Assembly (NCBI RefSeq): GCF_009914755.1
Contig: NC_060927.1
Origin: the human T2T-CHM13v2.0 reference genome, Homo sapiens
Length of the DNA: 64,000 bases
Strand: one strand, 5' to 3'
The notes under the pieces were generated by a model that saw only the letters and a program-made list of their open reading frames with translations, was not told the DNA's origin and did not search any database. Shown in pieces: positions 28,314 to 40,768 of the stretch. The stretch's first letter is position 1. Each line of letters begins with the position of its first letter. The translations under genes and the position numbers were made by a program.

Positions 28314-29689
28314 GATGTTATTGTAAGTGAAATTGTTCCTTAATTTCTTTTTTGGATTGCTCATTGTTAATGTAAGAAACACAACTATACACTAGCTGTG
28401 TGTGATTTTAGTGTGTTTGTCTTTTCCTAATCTTATGGGGAAAGCCTTCAATCTTTCTCCACTGCGTATAGTTTTAGCTATCAGTTTTTCGGAAATGTTT
28501 TCTATCATGTTGAGAAGGTCACTTTTTTGGAAAAGCATTAAAAACAGTTCCTGTAGCAGCTCAATAAGTGTTTATTAAATTGAAAACAACAAGTGGTTCC
28601 CCCAATCTGCTGATATGCTTTAGTACAGAGAGACTTAATATAAAATTCCATGCAGGAAAAAAACACACAAAAATAAATAGGCCATTCTAAAGACACTGAT
28701 TATGACTCTGGGAACCAGTATCATTATGTGAAGAAAAGAGAACAGGTTTTGCTGTCAGATTAACTGGGTTGGAATGCCAGCTCTGCTATGGTTCAGGTTG
28801 CATGACGTTGAGACATTCACAAAACTTCTTTAAATTTTTTTCTTATCTGTAGAGATAATATAAACCTTGCAGGGTATTGTCATGATTATATGTAAAGGAC
28901 TGAGCCTTGAATCTAGAGCACAATCATTGCTAAATAAATGGTAGTACCCTTTGCTAAGCCCATCTCTATGATTTGCAGGGCCTAAAACAAAAGAACATAA
29001 AGAAGCCCACTTACCAAATACTTAGTTATTTGAAAATTATAAATCAAGATAAATAAGGTACTCCCTTCACCCACTCAGTTTCTTCATTAGCTGAATTTTT
29101 AAAACATTCATTGAGCATCAATTCATATCAGATATGATGTTCCACTTAGATTAAAATGTCAATCATGGGCATCCAGAGAAGAATGGAGGAAAGCAGACAA
29201 TATCTAAAACACTGTTTCCAAGATTCCAATTAAAATACTCAGTGAAACACGAAAAGATATGCAAAGTTTTAGGAGTACCAAAATGCAGAAGTATTTATCA
29301 ATAGCTAAGATAATATTTAAAGATGAAACATGAAGGCATTCATTTAGTAAACATTTATTCACCACCTACTATTTGCTAGATTCTGAGTCAAGAATAAAAT
29401 AAGAACATCTGCTACTACTATTTAATAAATTCAATAAGTTCTACCTTATGAAATAAGAAGAGAAGATCAAATTATTATTTATACCTTTGCAAGGAAGCAT
29501 TCCCTGACCATCCTATTAAAATTTCAAAGCATACTACCCCACAGGACTCACTTATTATCTCCATTCTCTGCCTAATTTTCCTCCATAATGTTTAGTGCCT
29601 TTTAAAATATTGTATATTTTACATAGTTATTTTCTTTATTATATGTCCCTCCATTAAAATGCTAGCACTGAGGGTACTCCCTTGGATGA

Positions 29690-31210
29690 ATATAACACAA
29701 TGTATTCATCCATTCCCTTCATGAAGGACATTAGGATTGTTATCTATGTTGTCACCATTACAAATAATGAATACTTTTATACATATCTTCTGGAGCATGT
29801 GTGAGAGTTTCTTATGATATATATAATAAATTCTTGTTATTTGCAGTAGTTATGTTGTATAAGGTCACTTTGAACACTGAATAAGCTAATATTGAACCAT
29901 TATTGTTGGGGGGAAATAAAGGGTTAGGCCCCTAAAAACTTCTGGTCACAATATTTTTGTCAATCAATCAATAAAAACCTTGTTTTATGTGTGCTTCTTT
30001 TAAAAGTCAACTAATTTCATATATATTGTTGATGCATTAACAGTGAACTCACAGCCACTTAACTGTAACTCATGCTTGCATGAAGCTTAGCTGGCACATC
30101 TATTTTCTCAGTAACCCACATCACAGCCTTCTTGCATTTCAGATCACTGGATAACACTTCAGCACTACTCTTAGGGGCCACTTTTAATAGTAAAACCACC
30201 AAATAAAAGCACAGACCTTTGAAAATTATGGCACTAAGTCAAACACAGATAGGAAGCTTGTTTAAAGTATGAAAAATGGGAGAAGAAGGCAGAGTTTTGC
30301 CTTGTTCAACCTCAGCTGGGAACATGCATGTCAAGTTACTCAAATTTTTCACAGCTCTGCGTATGTCTACAGGTGGCTGCAAAAGCACCATGAATATTAA
30401 TTTGAGGGTTACAGATAAGTTTTCGAAAGCAGGCAAATTCACAAATACAGAATCTGTGAATAACGAGGACCGACTATACTTACAAGTAGTATTCCTGGAT
30501 ATTAAAATATAGCCATCATCAATTTTGCTAGATGTTAGCAAATTGTTATTCAAAACGTGTGTACCTATTTCACTTCTACCCTAAGTTTCACTAGATCCAA
30601 GAGTCCCCACATTCATTCCAACTTTTGGTATTACTATTTTTAACATCCATGAATCCGAGGCACATAAAATGTCAACTTGTGGTTATTTGTTTACATTTGG
30701 ATTTATTAGATTACTAAAGAGACTGAGCATCTCATAGAGGTTTTTCTTCCTTTGTTCCTGTTGATGCTTTTTGTTCATTTCCTGTTGTTTGTTGACTGGT
30801 TTGTCTTGGCTATCCTTGGTCAACTACTTCTACATATAAATTTAGGAGTAAGTTTCCTCAGTTTTATGAAAAATTCTATTAGATAATTTATTGGAATTAT
30901 ACCAATATTACAGGATAATTTGTGAAGAATTAACATCATTAAAAGAATTACTATCTTCTATGTGTTTAAGAGATGTTTTGTGATTTTCTTTGCAAGAATA
31001 TTGTACATTTGGAAGTTAAATTTATTTCTAGTTATTATAAAGATTGTGTTATTATAATTTATGTGCTTATCCATTTCATTTTCTAATTGATTACTGTTGA
31101 CATAGGGTTCACTATTGATTTTTTATGTCAATGTTTTATCTTGAAATCCTCTGAACTCCTTTGTTATTTTTAATAATGTTTGTGGGTTCTGTTGGGGTTT
31201 TTTCTCATAT
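29690..31210 (-). mobile_element. Ancient L1ME (antisense); resumes after ~34920
   Basis: Degraded antisense L1 ORF2/3'UTR motifs on both sides of the Tigger element and of the SVA insertion. Confidence 0.55.
29824..30476. mobile_element. MER82-like TcMar-Tigger element inserted in an L1ME
   Basis: Termini ttcttgttatttgcagtagttatg / gtgaataacgaggaccgact, ~650 bp, TA flanks. Confidence 0.7.
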
Positions 31211-31213
31211 AGA

Positions 31214-31307
31214 TGTGGCAGAAACTACTATTTACAGTCCAGAGCCTAATTGCCACATTTTTCTTTTGCCTAGAGATACTCCCCCTCCCCTTAGAATTCC
31301 TTCTTCA
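31214..31307 (+). mobile_element. MLT1-type LTR fragment, left part (continues at 34779-34883)
   Basis: tgtggcagaaactact start; continues after the SVA insertion as tttcagctgagcacat...catatggttaagttctg. Confidence 0.5.
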
Positions 31308-33030
31308 GCCCTCTCCCTCTCCTTCACCCTCTCCCCACAGTCTCCCTCTCCCTCTCTTTCCACGGTCTCCCTCTCCCTCTCTTTCCATGGTCTCCCTCTG
31401 ATGCCGAGCAGAAGCTGGACTGTACTGCTGCCATCTCGGCTCACTGCAACCTCCCTGCCTGATTCTCCTGCCTCAGCCTGCCGAGTGCCTGCGACTGCAA
31501 GCGCGTGCCGCCACGCCTGACTGGTTTTCGTATTTTTTTGGTGGAGATGGGGTTTCGCTGTGTTGGCCGGGCTGGTCTCCAGCTCCTAACCGCGAGTGAT
31601 CCGCCAGCCTCGGCCTCCCGAGGTGCCGGGATTGCAGACGGAGTCTCGTTCACTCAGTGGTCAATGGTGCCCAGGCTGGAGTGCAGTGGTGTGATCTCGG
31701 CTCGCTACAACCTCCACCTCCCAGCCACCTGCCTTGGCCTCCCAAAGTGCCAAGATTGCAGCCTCTGCCCAGCCGCCACCCCGTCTGGGAAGTGAGGAGC
31801 GTCTCTGCCTGGCCGCCCATCGTCTGGGATGTGAGGAGCCCCTCTGCCTGGCTGCCCAGTCTGGAAAGTGAGGAGCGTCTCTGCCCGGCCGCCATCCCAT
31901 CTAGGAAGTGAGGAGTGCCTCTTCCCGGCCGCCATCACATCTAGGAAGTGAGGAGCATCTCTGCCCGGCCGCCCATCGTCTGAGATGTGGGGAGCGCCTC
32001 TGCCCCGCCGCCCCGTCTGGGATGTGAGGAGCGCCTCTGCCCGGCCGCGAACCCGTATGGGAGGTGAAGAGCGTCTCTGCCCGGCTGCCCCATCTGAGAA
32101 GTGAGGAGACCCTCTGCCTGGCAACCACCCCGTCTGAGAAGTGAGGAGCCCCTCCGCCCGGCAGCCGCCCCGTCTGAGAAGTGAGGAGCCTCTCCGCCCG
32201 GCAGCCACCCCATCTGGGAAGTGAGGAGCGTCTCCGCCCAGCAGCCACCCCGTCCGGGAGGGAGGTGGGGGGGTCAGCGCCCCGCCAGGCCAGCCGCCCC
32301 ATCCGGGAGGGAGGTGGGGGCGTCAGCCTCCCGCCCGGCCAGCCACCCCATCCGGGAGGGAGGTGGGGGGGTCAGCACCCCGCCCGGCCAGCCGCCCCGT
32401 CCGGAGGGAGGTGGGGGGGTCAGCCCCCCTCCCGGCCAGCCGCCCCGTCTGGGAGGTGAGGGGCGCCTCTGCCCGGCCGCCCCTACTGGGAAGTGAGGAG
32501 CCCCTCTGCCCGGCCACCACCCCGTCTGGGAGGTGTACCCAACAGCTCATTGAGAACGGGCCAGGATGACCATGGCGGTTTTGTGGAATAGAAAGGGGGG
32601 AAAGGTGGGGAAAAGATTGAGAAATCGGATGGTTGCCCTGTCTGTGTAGAAAGAATTAGACATGGGAGACTTTTCATTTTGTTCTGTACTAAGAAAAATT
32701 ATTCTGCCTTGGGATCCTGTTGATCTGTGACCTTACCCCCAACCCTGTGCTCTCTGAAACATGTGCTGTGTCCACTCAGGGTTAAATGGATTAAGGGCGG
32801 TGCAAGATGTGCTTTGTTAAACAGATGCTTGAAGGCAGCATGCTCGTTAAGAGTCATCACCACTCCCTGATCTCAAGTACCCAGGGACACAAACACTGCA
32901 GAGGGCCGCAGGGTCCTCTGCCTAGGAAAACCAGAGACCTTTGCTCACTTGTTAATCTGCTGACCTTCCCTCCACTATTGTCATATGACCCTGCCAAATC
33001 CCCCTCTGTGAGAAACACCCAAGAATGATC

Positions 33031-33062
<32 letters not shown>
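31308..33062 (+). mobile_element. Full-length SVA retrotransposon (SVA_C/D-like)
   Basis: CCCTCT hexamer head, antisense Alu-like domain, GC-rich VNTR (~31760-32530), SINE-R, 28-nt poly(A) at 33035-33062. Confidence 0.98.
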
Positions 33063-33063
<1 letters not shown>

Positions 33064-33835
33064 AATGGTGAAAGTAGGCATCCTTGTCTTTTTCCAGTTC
33101 TTATAGGAAAGGCTTTCAGTTTTTCCCCATTTAATATTTTAGCTGCGGATTTGTCATATATGATCTTGATTATGCGGAAGTATATTTCTTCTATGCCTAA
33201 TTTTTTCAGAGTTTTTATCATAAAAGGATATTGAATTATGTCAAATGCTTTTCTGGATATGTTAAAATGATTATATGGTTTTTGTCCTTCATTATGTTGA
33301 TAGGATATATCATATATATTAACTTGCATATGTTAAACCATCCTTGCATCCCTGGGGTAAATTTCACTTGATTATGGTGGCGTATTATCTTTTGCAGAAA
33401 CATGGATAGAAGTGAAGTTCATTATGTTAAGTGAAATAAGCCAAGCACAGAATGACAAATATCACATGTTCTCATTCATACGTGGGGACTGAAAAGTTTA
33501 CCACATGGAGTTAGAGAGTAGAATGATGCTTATCAAAAGGTGGGAAGGATGAATGGGGGTGAAGAGAGGTTGGTTAATGAGTACAAACATACAGTTAGAA
33601 GTAATAAGTTCTTACGTTTGATAGAAAAGTAGAATGACTATAATTAACAATCATTTCTCATATATTTCAAAATATCTAAAAGATTTGAAATATGTTTCCT
33701 AACACAAAGAAAGGAAAACATTTTTGAGGTGATTGATATCCTAAACATCCTGATTCAATCATTATACATTGTACATATGTATCAAAATATCACATACACC
33801 CCATAAATATGTACAATTATTATGTATAAATAAGA
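33063..33835. mobile_element. L1MA-type element with an inversion: antisense ORF2 (33063-~33390) joined to the sense 3' end (~33391-33835)
   Basis: ORF 33033-33329 (-) is RT-region-like ([15 protein letters not shown]...[15 protein letters not shown]), followed by sense attatgttaagtgaaataagcc and the 3'UTR. Confidence 0.85.
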
Positions 33836-34291
33836 AAGACAGCAGCTAACAAAAAACTAGAAATGTAAAAGAGATAATAAGTAGCAGAGGATTTGTAGAA
33901 AAGGAGAGACACAGCACACAGGAAAATATAGCTAAAAAATTACCCAATATACAGGTAAAAATATTTTCTAAAATATGTTAGAAAAATAAAGATACATAGA
34001 GAATGGAAGGAAAAATATGACATTGTATACTTTGAGTTCTAGAAAAAAAGAGAAGGAATAATACATGAAATCTTTTTATAAATTACAGAACATATGAATG
34101 CTCAAGTTGAGAGAGATCACCGGATTCCATTTAGAATTAAACCACATACACACATAAATACACATATGCACACAAACACCCAAAGTAAGGGTATTGCAAA
34201 AACTAATAAATATAAATTTATCTTAAATTCAGCCAGAGAGGAAAAAACAGATTCCCTATAATAAAACAATAATTTTACTGGTAGAAGAACT

Positions 34292-34764
34292 CTTTTTTTA
34301 TTATTATTATACTTTAAGTTCTAGGGTACATGTGCACAACGTGCAGGTATATTACATATGTATAGATGTGCCATGTTGGTGTGGTGCACCCATTAACTTG
34401 TCATTTACATTGGGTATATCTCCTAATGCTATCCCTCCCACCTTCCCCCATCCCATGACAGGCCCAGTGTGTGATGTTCCCCATCCTGTGTCCAAATGTT
34501 CTCATTGTTTAATTCCCACCTATGGGTGAGAACATGCGGTGTTTGGTTTTCTGTCCTTGTGATAGTTTGCTCAGAATGACGGTTTCCAGCTTCGTCCATG
34601 TCCCTACAGAGGACATGAACTCATCATTTTTTATGGCTGCATAGTGTTCCATGGTGTATATATGCCACATTTTCTTAATCCAGTCTATCATTGATGGACA
34701 TTTGGGTTGGTTCCAAGTCTTTGCTATTGTGAACAGTGCCGCAATAAACATACGTATGCATGTG
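34292..34764 (-). mobile_element. L1PA (PA4-6 like) 3' end, cut off by the transduction poly(A)
   Basis: ORF 34509-34751 (-) MFIAALFTIAKTWNQPKCPS is the ORF2p C-terminus. Confidence 0.93.
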
Positions 34765-37700
34765 AAAAAAAAAAAAAAAGAATTCCTTCTTCACAGATAC
34801 GCACACCAATTTCAGCTGAGCACATAACCACCAGCTAGAAATCGCATGTTCCATCTTCCCTGTAACCATATGGTTAAGTTCTGTGTTTTTTTTTTCTTTT
34901 TCTTCTGTTGTTTTGTTTTACTTTTAGTGGGAAGGGCTAGGATTTTCAGTACAAGGTAGATTAGTAGCAGTGGAGATGTGCATCCTTGTCTCATACCCAA
35001 ATTAACAGTACCATTTCTAAATGCTTACTAATATAAAATTTGTCATAGCTTTTGGATTCCCTCCTTCACTGCTATGTATTTCATCATATTATGTAATTTC
35101 CCTTTCTTTCTTAGTTGGTTAAGAGGTTTTCTTTTTATTTATTTTTTCTCACAAAAAAGTGTTAAGTTGCACGCAATGCTTTTTCTGTGTGGTATTGTAT
35201 GTAAGGTTTTTTTTTTTTTTTTTTTTTTTTGTATGCTTTCTACATTCCCTCAGCTGCCTCCTTCTCTCTTGGTTGGTAGTCTGACCTGCTGAATCTCCCC
35301 TCCACTTCTGGTCTTAGATGAAATGCCACAAAACAGGGCTTGGGAAATGGCTTCTTGAGTAGCTACCAAGTTGCCAAATGTATAGAAGCATTAGATCTCT
35401 GTGGAATAAAATTTGACCAATGGGAAGCAAGAGTCAGGAGGGAACCAGACAGATACATTTCCACTCCTGTCCCTCCGCAGTGCCGTTTCCTCTTACAAAC
35501 CTTTTAGAAAAGTTCCCATAAGCAGAGGGAATATGCTTAAATGTCTTTGCAACTGAATGTCTCTGAACTTGTACGGAAGTGGTGGCCAGCACAGCAACAC
35601 AATCGCTGTACATCTTTTCTTGCCTCACATCACCTATTTTCCTCAATCACTGCTTGGATTTATACCCCTCGAAGTGTCAACATTATAATCTGTGCATCAG
35701 GCTCTGCTTTCCAGCAGATGCAGCCTAGGATACTCAGGCTAAAATCCATTATACCTAGTAGGACAATGTTAATGTTTGCTCCTTTAATCTCTTAGATATT
35801 AATATGGTGACAGATAGATAGATAGATATTGATACACAAATCCATCTTTCACTTCTTCATTCCTGAAATAAATTCTTCTCGTATTTTTTAAAACACTAGA
35901 TTTTTTATATGTTAGCATTTTATTTAGGAATTATTCATTTATGGTCTTAAATAAGATCAGTCATTAGAATTATTTTACTGTCAGTATCCGGTTTCAGTGT
36001 CAAAGTAATACTTATCTATAAATTAGAGTTGATGCCTTTTTTTTCTTTTTGTGTTCTCTGAAATACATATAATTACCAGTTCATTGAGGCTTGATGAAAC
36101 TTGCATTCAAATTTTATTGGCTTGATGTATTTCTTATATTTGAGATATGTGGGATTCATAAGGGCATATTTGTGACTACCAAGTCAATTTCTTTAAAGGA
36201 TGTTGGTTTACTGAGGTTTTCTATAACTCCATCGTCAATAAAATCTTAAGTATTAGAATAATTTACATTAAAAATGTAGCTTGAAATTTATGAAACAGAA
36301 GAGCATACTCATTACTTGTAATCCAGTAAAATTCTACTTTTGTGTAGTTTTTAAGCTGAAATTATCATAAATGTATAGAAAAATGTATATGTATGAATTA
36401 AAGTTCAATACAGCATTTATTATAATGCAAATAATTTGAAAAACTATATAAATATCCAAAAATAATTGAGATTGATATATAAAGTGTGTCCTATCCATCC
36501 CATTGGTTTCCTCATAGCCAATGAAAGTTGTAGCCTTGAATCTTGGAGAACATATAAAGATTATGAGAAAATACTTTGTGTTGGCAAGTGAGACATAGCA
36601 GTATATTCTATTACTTAATTTTGTTTTAGAATGGAGAGAGAAAGAGAATTAAAGACTTGTAGAATTTATCCCCAAGTTTTAGCCTTGTTATATTCTTCAT
36701 TAAATTTGTATACATTTTATCATAACTTGCTGACATTTTTGTCATCAGGAACAAAACATGTTATAAAATATCTTTTTAAATTGCCATTGTTTTCTACATG
36801 TGTTATAGCCACACTAATTCAGGATGAGGTGTTAGATCATCTTGCATGTGAGGCAACCTCTCCCAATTCAATGCCGTGTCCTACTTAGGATGAATTGGGA
36901 TGCAAAATAACCCCACACTGGGACTCAGTGAGAAACTGCTGACGTCTATTCTGTTATCATAGCACATCCCACTGGAGACCCACTCTTGTCAGAATACATC
37001 TAGGGCATCCTCCAAACTGCAAAAATAACAGTCCTTACCAAAGGATAATAATGTCTCCATGCCCATCAGCCTGATCCTGGAACAAAAATAATAGCTTCTT
37101 GAATTGAGCCAAGGGGATTTTGAAAAAGAAAATTTCCAGAGTGTACACTAGCATGGTTTGTGTTCCATTCAGCACCAGGTACCCAGTAAGGAGATGCTTG
37201 TTATAAAGAGAGCTAAAGAGGAACATGCACAGAGCCTTTTGCTATCAGCATTGTTATCAAACTGTTGGATAAGAAACCATTTGACCAGGGGAGTGTACAG
37301 AGGGTAACTGAAAAGATATAGAATTAAAATTTCTGAATTCTAATGCGAGCCTTTCACTGAGGAAAACAAATTCCACAATGGCAAAACAATCCACACTGGG
37401 TGGCAAAGCTCTTCTGACCTCATGCCTTCCAGTTCCCTCACTTAGCCATTCACTCACCAAGTATTCGTTCAGATCCTGCTAACTGTGGGAGGCATTTTTG
37501 CTCCAAAGAAGGGCAAAGATTTGTTGCACACAGCCTCTGTATTCAAGGAGCTTATTCTCAAAGAGAATTTCTCAAGTCAAACAATTCTACTGCATTTTCT
37601 GTGCCAGAAAGTGAACGAGACGCAGAATAGCTGGAGATAATTAAAGTTGAGGCAAAACCGCAAAGCCAGAGGTTTGGAAGTTTTATTCTTTTCAAGCAGA

Positions 37701-38138
37701 TGTGAAAACTTCTAAACACTGAATTTTTGGTTGGGGGGAGAAGGATGTAAGCTAGAGACAGTAATTGTGGAAGAAGGAGTTAAAGAATACCTGAGAGTTT
37801 GATAGAAAACAACCTGTGTGGGACAGGCAAATAATGGGACATTGAAATAGAATATATGTCTCAAAGCATGAGAAAGACTAGCTAAGTCCTGGCAGTGTAA
37901 TGTAATAAGAAACATGACAATAGGTAACTTTACAGAGTTACTTCTACATTCCAGACATTCCATTAGGCATTTGAAATGCTTTATCTCATCTAATCCTCAC
38001 TGCAACTCTGTGAAGCAGGTATAGATGAGCAATAAATAGCTCAGAGATAAAGCGACTTTTCCCAGTTCTTGCCCTTAGTGGAGCCAGTGTTTGAATCCAG
38101 GCAGCCTGATTCTAACAATTTCATTTTTGTACATCACA

Positions 38139-38302
38139 CCAATGGTCTCAGTGTGGTCCTTAAACCAGCTGCAGCAGCATCACTTTTCCCAGGTGCCCAT
38201 CCCAGACCTGCTGATTTGGAAACTGTGACTATGGAGCCCAGGAAGCTGTTTCAGCAAGCTCCCTAGGCGATTCTGATGCAGTTGATGTTTGAGAAACACT
38301 GC
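38139..38302. mobile_element. MER5A MITE
   Basis: aatggtctcagtgtggtcc...gcagcagcatcac...gattctgatgca...tttgagaaacactg. Confidence 0.75.
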
Positions 38303-38397
38303 ACTATCTCAGACTCTTTTAAATCAGAGACCTGGAGTCAAATTCAAACTCTACTACATCTCAGCTATGTGACCTTTGGCAATTGATACACCTTTCT

Positions 38398-39071
<674 letters not shown>

Positions 39072-40156
39072 GATACACCTTTCTAAGTTTCAATTATCCT
39101 ATATATAATATAGAGTTAATAATAAGGACCCCTGCATTCCCCAATCCTGGAAGGTTTTATGATGAATAAAATGAGATAAATACAAGTAAAGTGTGTAGAG
39201 TACAGTTCAAACACTGTACTTTCAGAAAAGATTATCACTCACCCAGGCCAATATGCCTGAGTTGGACAGAATGCTACAGATAGCACCAAAGTTGAGACAC
39301 CAATTTCCTTAACATTCTTATCCAGGGACCACTGAGGAACTCTGTCGAAAACACCATCACATTGTGGAAATTGGAAAATCAAAAAATCCAATTAAAAAAT
39401 ATATATTTATCTTCCACTCAGTCTAGCTTACTTGTGTAATTGCCCGTAACACTGAAACACAATCATGCCTCTCTGGAAAATAAGGGGACGTTGTACCAAC
39501 TCTCAGTTGCAATTTAGGGTGATCTGTTTTGCTCCCCTTACTCGCCCCACTCCCTGAGCTGCCCACTCACACAAAGCCACCTAAATTAAAACATAATATA
39601 ATGCCCTGAATTACAGTGATACTAAGCTATGAATATGAATGCCTGAAAGAACCTTGTTTCTTTTTAATGACTAGCCCTATTATTTTAAATATCATCTGAA
39701 TACTAAAACGCTACTGCAAATTTAAGTAATATGTCATACTTCTAGGTGTTTCTAAATATTCAGATCATTAAAATGATGGAAATAGCCTTGAAAATAATTG
39801 TGAGCCCTACAATACACTGTATGAGGCATATGGACATGAGCGAGACAGAGTGAGATAAGCGAGAGAGGGAGAGAGGAAAGCAGAGAAAGAGTGGAGAGGG
39901 AGGGAGGAGAGGGAGGGAGATATTCAGGCTGACTGGCATAAAAGGGATTTATAATCATATTACTTCAGAAACCGTTACTGCTTGAAAAATGCTGGTAATA
40001 TCTTCTGACAATGTTTATTTTTATGATATGTTTGATTTACTTTTCAATCCACAGTTAATTTCAAACAGTTTGAAAGATGTCTCATTACCATAACTTACAT
40101 CAGAAGAAAAAAGAATATAGGCTATTACAGCTAACCAAAACTTTAGAGATAGATGG

Positions 40157-40768
40157 TAAAACTGTCCCTATAAACTTTATAAAGTTAATCAGAGAAGAAG
40201 GGAGAGGGAGAACTGAAAGCAAGCTTGCAACGCATTCAGCATTAGTCATGAGGTCAGCTTGCTCTCTGACCTGCTTCCCCATAGTTGTTTGCCTATTGTC
40301 CAATAATCATATAGAGCCTGTTACAAGATTATAGTTCCCCTTAACTGTTCTATAGATAAGAACTTGAACATTATAAAATGTTAAGCTTTTCCCTTTGAGA
40401 TATTCCCTCAGGTCCTGCATGCTGATGAAACTACTGACTTAGCTGGTCTGAAGAACCTCACTGATGCCAGCTGGTCTGAAGGACTCCCCAAAGAGCTGGA
40501 TTCTCAGTTAATGCAGTTTCCACATCCTGATTATTTCATCCCACTTACCCTGACCAATGAAAAACCCCAATTTTTCAGCCCTTTACCCTCCATAATCCCC
40601 TTAAAACCCCAGTCCAGAACTCCTCAAGGAGATAGATTTGAGGGTCTTCTCCCATTTTCTCACTTGGTGATCTGCAATCATTAAACTTTTTCTCCACTGT
40701 AAACCCTGCTGTCTCAGTGTAATTGGTCTGTTACTATGCAGCAGGCATACAAGCTTGGTCCTATAACA
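40157..40768 (+). mobile_element. ERV1 (MER4-group, MER39-like) solo LTR
   Basis: Starts aaactgtccctataaac, ends cctataaca, internal ATTAAA; 4-bp TSD atgg at 40153-40156 and 40769-40772. Confidence 0.8.

Larger units (their letters stand above)
25795..28530 (-). mobile_element. L1MB-type element (antisense, internally deleted) hosting nested L1PA and THE1 insertions
   Basis: Antisense L1MB 3'UTR and ORF2; the ORF at 26297-26500 (-) reads EWEKIFESHILDKGLISRLYKEL, from the ORF2 C-terminal region. Confidence 0.85.
33063..34778 (+). mobile_element. SVA 3'-transduced segment with a second poly(A) tail
   Basis: TSD agaattccttcttca at 31293-31307 recurs only at 34779-34793; AATAAA at 34743-34748; poly(A) at 34765-34779. 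Confidence 0.93.

Noticed and set aside
31279-31292. ccccctcccc run that looks like the start of the SVA hexamer head
   Set aside because: It lies outside the TSD (31293-31307), so it is target-site DNA.
31441-32677. Dense overlapping ORFs up to 167 aa and a CpG-island-like stretch
   Set aside because: These come from the GC-rich SVA VNTR and Alu-like domain, not from a gene or host promoter.
33061-33076. aagaat right after the first poly(A) as the SVA 3' TSD
   Set aside because: Only 5 bp (agaat) match the 5' flank; the full 15-bp match is at 34779-34793.
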